Shown here: piece after piece, positions 51,479-59,889 of the stretch
Position numbering within the stretch: the first letter of the stretch is position 1
Layout of the letters: the number at the start of each line of letters is the position of its first letter
Source: Leptolyngbya sp. BL-A-14
GTDB lineage: Bacteria > Cyanobacteriota > Cyanobacteriia > Leptolyngbyales > Leptolyngbyaceae
DNA length: 64,000 nucleotides
Reading direction: 5' to 3'
Assembly: GCA_041937185.1 (NCBI GenBank)
Contig: CP166621.1
Location: 2,196,571-2,260,570, forward strand
Position numbers and translations under genes: made by a program
The notes under the pieces: model-generated
Seen by the model: the letters and a program-made list of their open reading frames with translations, nothing else
Database searches by the model: none
Told to the model about the DNA's origin: nothing

Positions 51479-52783
51479 TTAGCTGTGCATAATCTCCATC
51501 AAGCAGTCGGCAATCCTTTTGGCGGCTCCGGGTGTGCCCATGCGACGATGACCGTTTTCGGCGATCGTTTGTAGCGCATCGGGATTTTGCAACAGCGATT
51601 GGATCACAGCCGCCACACGATCGGGTTCCTTCACCAACAGAACGGAGGCACCTAATAAACGAGTTTGTGCTTCAGCAAAACGAGGCGTAAACTGCGGACC
51701 TTTGCCTGGAAGGATGATCGCAGGTTTACCCAAGCCGACAAACTGTTCCGTTGCGGTGCCTGCCATCGCGATCGCTACATCGGCTCGATGCAAACACTCT
51801 GCAAACCGTCGTTGCGCCAACACCAGCGTCGATTTGCGATCGCCCAAGCCCACCGTGTAGGAATCTTCCGTCAACTGCTGCCAGCGATACGCCATCAATG
51901 CCTTGTGCAGCAAGTCTACATCCAGTCCGGGCGCGATCGCGGCTAAGAGCGTGAGCGGTCGTGACATCTGGGCAATCATCCCATTCACCGCTTGCAAAAT
52001 CGTTTCCCAATTGGCGTAAGCCTCCGGTGGACGGGAACCGGGAATGAGAGCGATTGTTAAGGCTAAAGGCTGAAGGCTGAAGGCTAAATCTTGACTTTTA
52101 TCCTTTATCCCTAAGCCTTTATCCTTCTCTTCCCACTCCAGCCCATCCATCATTGGATTTCCCAAATCAAACGCTGGAATGTTTCGCCGTCGAAGGCTCG
52201 TTGCCGTGATGGTGTCTCTAGGGAACACCGCTTTGCAGTGTAGATGGCTCATCAGCCACCGCTCCCACGGAAGGTAAATACACCCCGTCCAGCGCTCAAG
52301 GCGATCGTCCCACCAGGAGTCACGCGGCAACCAGCCCCCCTCATCGCGCAGATAGTATTCTGACTTCGCCGTACCCACAAACGCGTAGGGAAGCCCACTG
52401 AGACGGGCGAAGAGGAGGGGGACGATATCGCCAACCGCGAGGATGAGGGAGTGGGGAGTGGGGAATGGGGAGTGGGGAGCGGCGGTTTCCTTTGCCCAGG
52501 CTTTGATGGCGCGGAGTTGTGCCAGCGTGAGTTGAAGTAACCCACCTCGAATGTCGCGCGCAAGCTGCCGCCCATCCTGATAGATGAAACCACCAGACGG
52601 CATGGTCTTGACGGAGCCAATGAGGGAAATGCCATTGTCGATATAGGCATGACCTTCACCCACGATCGGCAAAGCGGCAAGTTCTGGTGGATTGGGCTGT
52701 TGCTGAAGTTCACGCAAGATGCGGAGGGCGATCGCATCTTCACCATGACCGTTGCTAAGACAGAGTACGCGCATGAGCAGCAA
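51479..52783 (-). CDS. lipid-A-disaccharide synthase-related protein (LpxB-like glycosyltransferase)
   Basis: 434 aa; N-terminal LSNGHGEDAIA motif of the LpxB-related family; carries two in-frame heptamer-repeat insertions. Confidence 0.65.
   Translation of the reverse strand: MLLMRVLCLSNGHGEDAIALRILRELQQQPNPPELAALPIVGEGHAYIDNGISLIGSVKTMPSGGFIYQDGRQLARDIRGGLLQLTLAQLRAIKAWAKETAAPHSPFPTPHSLILAVGDIVPLLFARLSGLPYAFVGTAKSEYYLRDEGGWLPRDSWWDDRLERWTGCIYLPWERWLMSHLHCKAVFPRDTITATSLRRRNIPAFDLGNPMMDGLEWEEKDKGLGIKDKSQDLAFSLQPLALTIALIPGSRPPEAYANWETILQAVNGMIAQMSRPLTLLAAIAPGLDVDLLHKALMAYRWQQLTEDSYTVGLGDRKSTLVLAQRRFAECLHRADVAIAMAGTATEQFVGLGKPAIILPGKGPQFTPRFAEAQTRLLGASVLLVKEPDRVAAVIQSLLQNPDALQTIAENGHRRMGTPGAAKRIADCLMEIMHS
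52056..52137. repeat. STRR-like heptamer array inside CDS (in-frame)
   Basis: GGCTAAA, GGCTGAA x2, GGATAAA-type runs; translated as EWEEKDKGLGIKDKSQDLAFSLQPLA inside the LpxB-like ORF. Confidence 0.8.
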
Positions 52784-52997
52784 AAGACTGAGGACTGATG
52801 GCTAGAATAGGGCAGATAGACGACCAACAGACCAATTAGTGCCCTTTAGCTTTAATTTTGTCCCACTGAATACTGAACTTAAGCAGTTGTCCTGGCGCGA
52901 TAGACTGACAGTATGAAACTCTTACTGATGGGATTCATTCGCAGGTACAGGATGTTTCTTTCGCCGTGATTACCGCAGTGTGTCCGTTGAAGCAAGA

Positions 52998-53483
52998 TTA
53001 GTGGGCTGGAGATTGTTTGGGTGCGGGTGCTTCTAACGTTCCTGTAAAGGGGATTTCGCCAGGAGCGGAGCTTAAGCTGAGCGTACCGTTGAGAGATTGT
53101 TGCGCGATCGTCCCCTGAATTTTGACATCGCCCTGGCATTTAGGTAGGTAGCTGGCATCTCCCTGTAAGGTTAACCGTTGATTCTCCCAATTTCCCGTCA
53201 TCGAAGGACGTTCTGTTGCCCGTTTTTCCAGCGCTTCTGCAGTCTCAGACGCAAGCAGCGATCCGGTTAAATAAATCCCAGACTGCTGCACCAGTAGAAT
53301 TAACTGCTCAGACTTCAAGCATCCTGGCAAAGCCTGGGCTGGAATTTGGTAGCGACCGTCGATTTTTTGAGCCGCTTTCAGATTTGCTTCGCCGTAGGCT
53401 GTCACAACGCTAAACAAAGCTACAACAACGGCGATCGCGCCACCGTAGAAACTGAGAGATTTGAGATTGAAGTGATTGCCCAT
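52998..53483 (-). CDS. hypothetical secreted/membrane-anchored protein
   Basis: Start at ATG 53483 (MGNHFNLKSLSFYGGAIAVVVALFSVV signal/TM); the upstream part of the ORF is translated GAGTTTT repeats. Confidence 0.5.
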   Translation of the reverse strand: MGNHFNLKSLSFYGGAIAVVVALFSVVTAYGEANLKAAQKIDGRYQIPAQALPGCLKSEQLILLVQQSGIYLTGSLLASETAEALEKRATERPSMTGNWENQRLTLQGDASYLPKCQGDVKIQGTIAQQSLNGTLSLSSAPGEIPFTGTLEAPAPKQSPAH

Positions 53484-53782
53484 GAAAAATAGTTTTGAGT
53501 TTTGAGTTTTGAGTTTAGTCAGTTTTAAAGCCTTCGGCATGGCTTCGCTAGAGGGGTTGGTTTTCGTTTTTAGCTGGAACCAGCGCTACCTTTTCTCTCC
53601 TTCTAAGCACTTTTCTTGAATGCCCTCTCTTGTATGCCTGAAAGGCTTTAGGGCTATACCACTAACGACCAAAAACCCTTCTGCCTTCTGCCTTCTGCCT
53701 TCTGCCTTCTGCCTTCTGCCTTCTGCCTTCTGCTTTCTGCCTTCTGCTTTCTGCCTTCTGCTTTCTGCCTTCTCCCCCATCC
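53484..53782. repeat. composite STRR-like repeat element with AGCGCT core plus a TTCTGCC array of about 15 copies
   Basis: GAGTTTT x4; core GGAACCAGCGCTACCTTTTCTCTCCTTCTAA; (CCTTCTG)n/(CTTTCTG)n array from 53677 to 53782. Confidence 0.85.
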
Positions 53783-55978
53783 CTACGTAATCGCCTCTGA
53801 CTGATCGGCTTCCCGCCCTGTGCTGTCTCCTGCTGTGCCTAAAACAGACGTTAAGTGTGCTGTGACCTGGCTGTAGCGACGGGTAATCAAGAGTGAAGAG
53901 TGGCACTCTACCGCAAGTTGATCGGCATAAAACCCAAGGGTTTGACGTTCTAAACCCCATTCTCGACTGGCTCCTGCGATCGTCAGGTCTACGGTCGCCG
54001 ACGCTTTGACCACGGCTTCAAGCGGGTTACTGGACTCTACTTGAGGTGTATGAATCCGATCGCGCACTGAGGCAGGTAACTGTTCCATCAGCGTCCGAAA
54101 TTCGTATGTGTGAGCGTTGACTTGCTGATTTTGAGTGACGCTCAGAATGGTCAGCGTAGCCTCTGGGGAATTTACCAAAATGCGAAGGGCAATTTCCAGT
54201 CCAAGATCGTTGTGGCTGTTGGCAACATAGGGCACTAGCAGATTTTGGAGCTTTCCTGGCTGACGATCAACAAAGACTGCAACATCTGTACGTGCTGTGC
54301 TGAGAATTTGCCCCACGCGACCGCCCAGGCGATTGCGACTAAAAGCTGGGCGATGCCATCCCAACAGGACTAGATCAACCCGATCGACCTCGGCAACCCG
54401 AACGGTCTCTTGTGCCACATCCGTCGCAACTCGAATAATGGGGCGCACCACTGAACGAACTTGTGCGGGCTCCAGGCTGGCAACGAGTTCTGTCATCCGA
54501 CGGGTTCGCTCGGCAATGAGCCGTTCTGCTTCGGCAGGGGTACTGCTAAACGCATAGTCCTCATCGAGTTGGATCAGGCTGAGGGGGTAAATGGCAGCAG
54601 AGGTCATGATGGGAGATTCCAGGTCGCTGCCCAGCGCGATCGCCACCGCCAGTTGAATGAGACCCTTCTGGCTGGCAGGGTTTGCGATGGGAACCAGAAT
54701 CCGGTAGTCCGGTTCAGTTTCGTTGACGATCGGCTCCACCACATCCTGGCGAATCAGTCGTTTGGGATAGACCCATTCCAGCAGCGGCGAGGTCATAAAG
54801 GTCGTCACCAACGCCATGATGACCAGCATTGTAAAGAGCAACGGCGAGATTACGTGCAGGCTTAACCCAATGTTCAATACAATCAGTTCTGTTAGGCCAC
54901 GGGTATTCATCAGCCAACCCAAGGCTGCGGCTTCTCGGGGCTCGATTTTAGAAACCCTGGCGGCATAATAAGTGCCAAAATACTTGCCCACGATCGCCAC
55001 AGCAACCACTAGGCCACACAGCAACCACAAAAAGGGACTGTTAAGCAACCCGATTTGAGTGCGTAAGCCGCTATAGGCAAAGAAAATGGGCAGTAAAAAA
55101 GTCAGCACAAAGTCTTCTGTTTTTTGCGCCAGTTCTCGCGTTAACCCGGCATGCTTGGGCATCACTGCACCAATCAAAAAGGCACCAAAAATCAGGTGAA
55201 TGCCAATTAACTCAGTAATCAGCGCTGAGACGACGACCCCAATGTAAATCACAGCCAGTACAAACTGACTTAAACGCCCGCTGCGATTGTAATACGTAGC
55301 AAACGTCTTCAAAAAACGGCGACCTACAGTCACCATAAAAGCGATGTAGAGAATAGATAACAGCACAGTTGGAATCGCACCCGCCATGCTGTTCGTACGG
55401 GTCACTGCGATCGCCAACGCGAGTAAACACCATGCTGTCACGTCATCGACGGCCGCGCAGGTCAGTGCCATCGTCCCCAACCGTGTGCTTTGAAGGTTGT
55501 TTTCTGTAATAATGCGCGCTAAAACGGGGAACGCCGTGATGGACATTGCAGCCCCCAAAAACAGCGCAAAGGCCGTAAACGAAACGCTGCCGCTTGACAC
55601 CAATGGATAGAGCAATAGAGACAACACCGTCCCCAGCGCAAAGGGCACCAAAATGCTGACATGCGAGACTAAAACAGCCACGTCAAGCTGACTTTTCAGA
55701 TATTTAGGGTCCAGCTCAAGCCCGATCAAAAACATGAAAAAGATCAGCCCTATCTGAGAAAGAACATTCAGATAGGGAATTGTTTCGGGTGGAAAAAGGC
55801 CAGTCGCTACAACTGGCGCAAGCAAGCCCAGTAAAGAGGGGCCAAGCATCACCCCGGCGACAATTTCACCAATGACTAGGGGTTGCTTAATTCGACGGAA
55901 CCCCAAACCAACCAACCGGGAAAGCCCGATGACAACGACAATTTCGATGAGAACCTGAACAACGATTTCGAGTTTCAT
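53783..55978 (-). CDS. CPA2-family cation/proton antiporter with C-terminal regulatory (Usp-like) region
   Basis: 731 aa; N-terminal roughly 400-aa Na+/H+ exchanger-type polytopic domain ([15 protein letters not shown]), C-terminal soluble tandem domains. Confidence 0.85.
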   Translation of the reverse strand: MKLEIVVQVLIEIVVVIGLSRLVGLGFRRIKQPLVIGEIVAGVMLGPSLLGLLAPVVATGLFPPETIPYLNVLSQIGLIFFMFLIGLELDPKYLKSQLDVAVLVSHVSILVPFALGTVLSLLLYPLVSSGSVSFTAFALFLGAAMSITAFPVLARIITENNLQSTRLGTMALTCAAVDDVTAWCLLALAIAVTRTNSMAGAIPTVLLSILYIAFMVTVGRRFLKTFATYYNRSGRLSQFVLAVIYIGVVVSALITELIGIHLIFGAFLIGAVMPKHAGLTRELAQKTEDFVLTFLLPIFFAYSGLRTQIGLLNSPFLWLLCGLVVAVAIVGKYFGTYYAARVSKIEPREAAALGWLMNTRGLTELIVLNIGLSLHVISPLLFTMLVIMALVTTFMTSPLLEWVYPKRLIRQDVVEPIVNETEPDYRILVPIANPASQKGLIQLAVAIALGSDLESPIMTSAAIYPLSLIQLDEDYAFSSTPAEAERLIAERTRRMTELVASLEPAQVRSVVRPIIRVATDVAQETVRVAEVDRVDLVLLGWHRPAFSRNRLGGRVGQILSTARTDVAVFVDRQPGKLQNLLVPYVANSHNDLGLEIALRILVNSPEATLTILSVTQNQQVNAHTYEFRTLMEQLPASVRDRIHTPQVESSNPLEAVVKASATVDLTIAGASREWGLERQTLGFYADQLAVECHSSLLITRRYSQVTAHLTSVLGTAGDSTGREADQSEAIT

Positions 55979-56064
55979 TGATGTTGTAGGTGGGAGTATA
56001 GAGAAATTCTGAATCGCACGTTGCTAAAGAGATGGGCGGTTTCGCTAAAGCGCGTTGCGTGTTT

Positions 56065-56145
56065 AGTTGGTTGAGTGGTTAGCCATCAGCTTCGACCTTT
56101 CCCCTTTTACTACCCTCTGCCTCCTGCCCTCTACTTTTTGAGTCC
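56065..56145. repeat. STRR-like heptamer repeat cluster
   Basis: GTTTAGTTGGTTGAGTGGTTAG and CCCTCTGCCTCCTGCCCTCTAC runs. Confidence 0.7.
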
Positions 56146-56162
56146 GGCTTTCCACGACTGCT

Positions 56163-57398
56163 CTAGCTCCTCACGCCTGCGTCAGGCAGTTGTAACGATC
56201 GCCCACGCCAAGTCCACCCCCAACCCGTTTCCGTTTTTATAATAGAGCCAATGACGATCGCTGCTACCAATGCACCTCCCACACCGGATAGCCACCAGTA
56301 GCGTGTGGGTATCGCTGCCACGCGCTCAATCGAATAACGAAGGTTGTACTGAAGCCCGATTGCACCCAGAGCAAGCGCGATCGCAAGCCCATCGATTGGG
56401 GGTAGCCCAGCCGTTGCCGTTTTGTAAAGTAAGGTGACTAAGCTTAACCAGGGCAAGACACAAACCCAAAACATAATCATGGCCGAAAGGAGACTGATGT
56501 AGAGGCTGCGACGAGACCCTAAATGCCAGTTTTTAGTCCACCCCTCCCAAACAGCGGCTAGAGAGCGATACATTCGCACTGAGGCCAGGTGAGCCCCAAC
56601 CGCATAGTAAAGCTTTAGCCCCTGCTGTTTCAGTCGCCGGGCTAACTCGACATCTTCAACGGTTTGATCGGCAACGGCTCGGTGTCCCCCTAACTGCTCA
56701 TACGCCGTGCGACGAAAAAACATAAACATGCCCGCCGCAAAGGCCGCTTCTGCGTTGGGATCATTCACTTCGTTAAAGTCAAACCCAGCCATCAGTAGGC
56801 TCATCATCCACGGTTGCACCAGCCACTCAGCGAGGCAAGCACACTCCACCCTGGGACATAGAGTCAGCAGATCAATCTGAAGTGACTCTACCGTCTCGAT
56901 CGCCGCCGCGATCGCCCCTGGGTTTAACCTGAGATCCGCATCCAGAAACAGCAAAAACTCGCCTGCTGCCTGTTCTGCTGCCTGGGTACACGCCCAGTTT
57001 TTACCCATCCAAAGCGCTTGATCGGGTCTGGGCTTGCCTGCCCGTACGTGTAAACGGGGATCATTGAGTGTTGCTTGCAGCGTTTGGGCGATCGCCAGCG
57101 TTGCATCGCTCGACTGGTCATCCACCACCCAAACCTCCAAGGGCTCCACTGACTGGGGCGTTTGCTGCAAGACAGAGAGAATACAAGCTTCAATATTGTC
57201 TGCTTCGTTGTAGGCCGGAATGATCACCGAAACACGTGGCGCAATCAGCTTGCAATCCTGACTGTCCTGTGAGAAGGTGCTGTCGCTGTCGTCCACAGGG
57301 ATAACGAGTTGGGGAGCCGTTGCAGCAATGCGACGTAATTTAGCGGCATAAACCATCGCCGCCAGTAAGGCGATGACCACCAGTACAAGTACTATCAA
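56163..57398 (-). CDS. glycosyltransferase family 2 membrane protein
   Basis: N-terminal TM, GT-A motifs (VSVIIPAYNEADNI; VVDDQSSDAT; LFLDADLRL as DxD), C-terminal TM bundle; 411 aa. Confidence 0.8.
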   Translation of the reverse strand: MIVLVLVVIALLAAMVYAAKLRRIAATAPQLVIPVDDSDSTFSQDSQDCKLIAPRVSVIIPAYNEADNIEACILSVLQQTPQSVEPLEVWVVDDQSSDATLAIAQTLQATLNDPRLHVRAGKPRPDQALWMGKNWACTQAAEQAAGEFLLFLDADLRLNPGAIAAAIETVESLQIDLLTLCPRVECACLAEWLVQPWMMSLLMAGFDFNEVNDPNAEAAFAAGMFMFFRRTAYEQLGGHRAVADQTVEDVELARRLKQQGLKLYYAVGAHLASVRMYRSLAAVWEGWTKNWHLGSRRSLYISLLSAMIMFWVCVLPWLSLVTLLYKTATAGLPPIDGLAIALALGAIGLQYNLRYSIERVAAIPTRYWWLSGVGGALVAAIVIGSIIKTETGWGWTWRGRSLQLPDAGVRS

Positions 57399-57887
57399 TG
57401 TTTTAGCGACCGTAGAGTAGGGAGACAGGAAGAATGAGCAGGCTTGGCAGCATGTTGTTTGAGGCGAGTAGAGGTGAACAGACCTTGCGACCCGACTGAT
57501 CCAGCGTGAACAGCCATCCGCATTCTAAGAGATTGCCTTCAGCAGCGACATAGTTCGTTATCCTCTGTAGGGCTGTATAAAGGGCGATCGCGAGAAGGCG
57601 TGCTCACTTGGCCCAAAAACGGATGTAGAGAGGTTGCCAACTGCGCTGTAACGGCTGAGCAAACGTATTTTTGCTGCTGCATGGTGCATCATCACTGAGT
57701 CTCCAGCCCTCCAAGGCTTGTCTAGCTTGACTCGCAGGTCTTGACGCAAGGACTTTATCTAGACTCTTCTTTTTAAGAAGATTTCCTTTCTTTAGAAAAG
57801 ATTTAGGATCCCTGCTTATAATTTGTACAGACATCTTCGTAATGCTTTAACTTTTATAAGCAATCAGCACCTTTATTTCCTTGAGCG

Positions 57888-58628
57888 ATGCCCCGGATAC
57901 TCGTCATCGACGATGACCCTGCAATTTCAGAACTCGTTGCCGTCAATCTTGAGATGGCTGGCTATGACGTTAGTCAGGCTGCTGATGGCGTGAAGGGTCA
58001 AGCGATGGCCTTACAGCTTCAGCCTGATCTTGTCATGCTGGATTTAATGCTCCCCAAAGTGGACGGCTTTACCGTCTGTCAACGTCTGCGCCGCGACGAG
58101 CGTACGTCGGATATTCCCGTATTGATGCTAACGGCTCTCAGCCAGACCCAAAACAAAGTTGAAGGGTTTAATGCGGGTGCGGATGATTACCTCACGAAGC
58201 CTTTTGAGATTGAGGAAATGTTGGCGCGAGTACGGGCTTTGCTGCGTCGCACCGATCGTATTCCGCAAGCAGCTAAGCATAGCGAAATCCTAAATTACGG
58301 TCCTCTGACCCTGGTACCAGAACGCTTTGAAGCGATTTGGTTTGATCAAACCGTTAAGCTAACTCACCTCGAGTTTGAGCTACTTCATTGCTTGTTGCAA
58401 CGCCACGGACAGACCGTTTCACCCAGCGAAATTCTCAAAGAAGTCTGGGGCTATGACCCAAACGATGATATCGAAACAATTCGGGTACACGTTCGTCATC
58501 TTAGAACAAAGTTAGAACCTGATCCCCGCCATCCCCGGTATATTAAAACGGTGTATGGTGCTGGTTACTGTTTAGAACTGCCAGCGTCTGGGAAAAACTC
58601 GGAGAGTGACGAATCGTTAGCGGGTTAG
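57888..58628 (+). CDS. rpaA: OmpR-family response regulator, RpaA-like
   Basis: Receiver domain ([11 protein letters not shown] ... [15 protein letters not shown]) plus winged-helix domain; near-identical in recalled regions to Synechococcus elongatus RpaA ([11 protein letters not shown] ... VLMLTAL ... GAGYCLELP). Confidence 0.8.
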   Translation: MPRILVIDDDPAISELVAVNLEMAGYDVSQAADGVKGQAMALQLQPDLVMLDLMLPKVDGFTVCQRLRRDERTSDIPVLMLTALSQTQNKVEGFNAGADDYLTKPFEIEEMLARVRALLRRTDRIPQAAKHSEILNYGPLTLVPERFEAIWFDQTVKLTHLEFELLHCLLQRHGQTVSPSEILKEVWGYDPNDDIETIRVHVRHLRTKLEPDPRHPRYIKTVYGAGYCLELPASGKNSESDESLAG

Positions 58629-58629
58629 T

Positions 58630-59667
58630 GTGTTGACTCAGCCCTATCGCTTTGGCTGGTTTGATTGGTTTTGTCTCTGGTATCCCCCCGGTTGGCTCAT
58701 TTTGTTCAACCGCCACTGGCAACACTACAAACCTAATAAGGACGGCTGGACATGGCTGGAATACGGTCTGTTTTTGTTACCCCTTGGATTTTATCTGGCG
58801 CTGCTCTTGCGCTGGGTGCGGTTCAATGTGCGATCGCTCCTACAAGGACGATCGACCAGGCTACCCACCAATAGCGATCCCGATCCTGATTACCAGAAAG
58901 CGTTTCAGCAGGAAATTCTCACCCCGATCGTTCATCATTACTTTCGCGCGGAACTGCATCAACTAGAGCACCTACCGGCAAACGGCCCACTTCTGATTGT
59001 GATGAATCATGCTGGGATGTGCTTTCCCTGGGACTTCGTGTCTTTGGGGCTGTTGCTTAGCCAGCAGCGTGACTGGTTTGTACAACCGTTGGCCCATTCC
59101 ATCTTTTTTGACCATCCCTGGTTGCGATGGTGGTTGCCAAACGGTTGGGCGCAGATGCTAGGAGGGGTGCGGGCAGAACGGCAAAGCTTTGAAACGGCGA
59201 TGCATACAGGAGACCCGCAAAAGCGCATTTTGCTTTATGCGCCGGAGGGGTGGCGGGGCTTAAGCAAAGGCTGGCAACAGCGCTATCAACTGGCAACCTT
59301 TGATCCCAGCTTTTTGCGGCTGAGTTTGCGCGATCGCGTACCCGTTTTGCCAGTCATTTGTATTGGCAGCGAATACTTACATCCACTGGCCGCGAATCTG
59401 CCCTGGCTGGCGCGTCGGTTGGGGCTGCCGCTCTTTCCACTGTCGCCGTTGGTGCTGGCGTTTGTGCTCTTTCCCTCAATGGGCGTGTGGGCAATGCGAT
59501 CGCGCTTACACTTCCACGTGCAACCCCTTCAACTCCCCTGGGAGCATACAGCCCACAGTGCAAAGCAAACGCAAACACGCACTTATCGCATGGCAGCCGC
59601 ATTGCGATCGAGCCTACAGGTCGTGGTGAATCAGTTGCGACAGGCTAAGAAAGAACAGACGCTTTGA
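58630..59667 (+). CDS. hypothetical membrane protein with acyltransferase-like motifs
   Basis: 345 aa; N-terminal TM helices; NHAG...D and PEGWRG segments reminiscent of LPLAT motifs I and III; starts 2 nt after the rpaA-like stop. Confidence 0.5.
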   Translation: MLTQPYRFGWFDWFCLWYPPGWLILFNRHWQHYKPNKDGWTWLEYGLFLLPLGFYLALLLRWVRFNVRSLLQGRSTRLPTNSDPDPDYQKAFQQEILTPIVHHYFRAELHQLEHLPANGPLLIVMNHAGMCFPWDFVSLGLLLSQQRDWFVQPLAHSIFFDHPWLRWWLPNGWAQMLGGVRAERQSFETAMHTGDPQKRILLYAPEGWRGLSKGWQQRYQLATFDPSFLRLSLRDRVPVLPVICIGSEYLHPLAANLPWLARRLGLPLFPLSPLVLAFVLFPSMGVWAMRSRLHFHVQPLQLPWEHTAHSAKQTQTRTYRMAAALRSSLQVVVNQLRQAKKEQTL

Positions 59668-59889
59668 GGGGGGTGGGAGGCAGGGGATAGGAGTTGGGGC
59701 AGTGGTGAAAGATTTATCGATCAAACAGAGGCAGGAGGCAGAAGCGTTGAAAGGAGTCAGGAGTCAGAAGCGACAGCTAGGGGAAAGCTGTTGAAGGACT
59801 TCAGCCCATACAGAGCATAAACCAGCTTAGATCTTAAATCTGTCCCCCACGTCCTTTGCCTTCCACCCTCTGCCCTCTGCCTTCTACCT
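59668..59889. repeat. STRR-like heptamer repeat cluster between convergent genes
   Basis: GGCAGGA/GGCAGAA, GGAGTCA x2, CCCTCTG/CCTTCTA runs. Confidence 0.75.

Noticed and set aside
52252-52827. 191-aa alternative-frame ORF overlapping the LpxB-like gene
   Set aside because: Its P/S/T-rich translation is partly the GGGGAGT heptamers in another frame. The LpxB-like frame carries the family N-terminal motif.
53677-53782. Possible CRISPR array suggested by regularly spaced short repeats
   Set aside because: The units are contiguous 7-mers with no spacers. There is no repeat-spacer architecture of about 30-40 bp and no cas genes, so these are STRR-type microsatellites, not CRISPR.
53586-53960. 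124-aa ORF translated as [14 protein letters not shown] repeats
   Set aside because: It is simply the TTCTGCC heptamer array read in one frame. It has no start context, and it overlaps the antiporter 3' end on the same strand in another frame.
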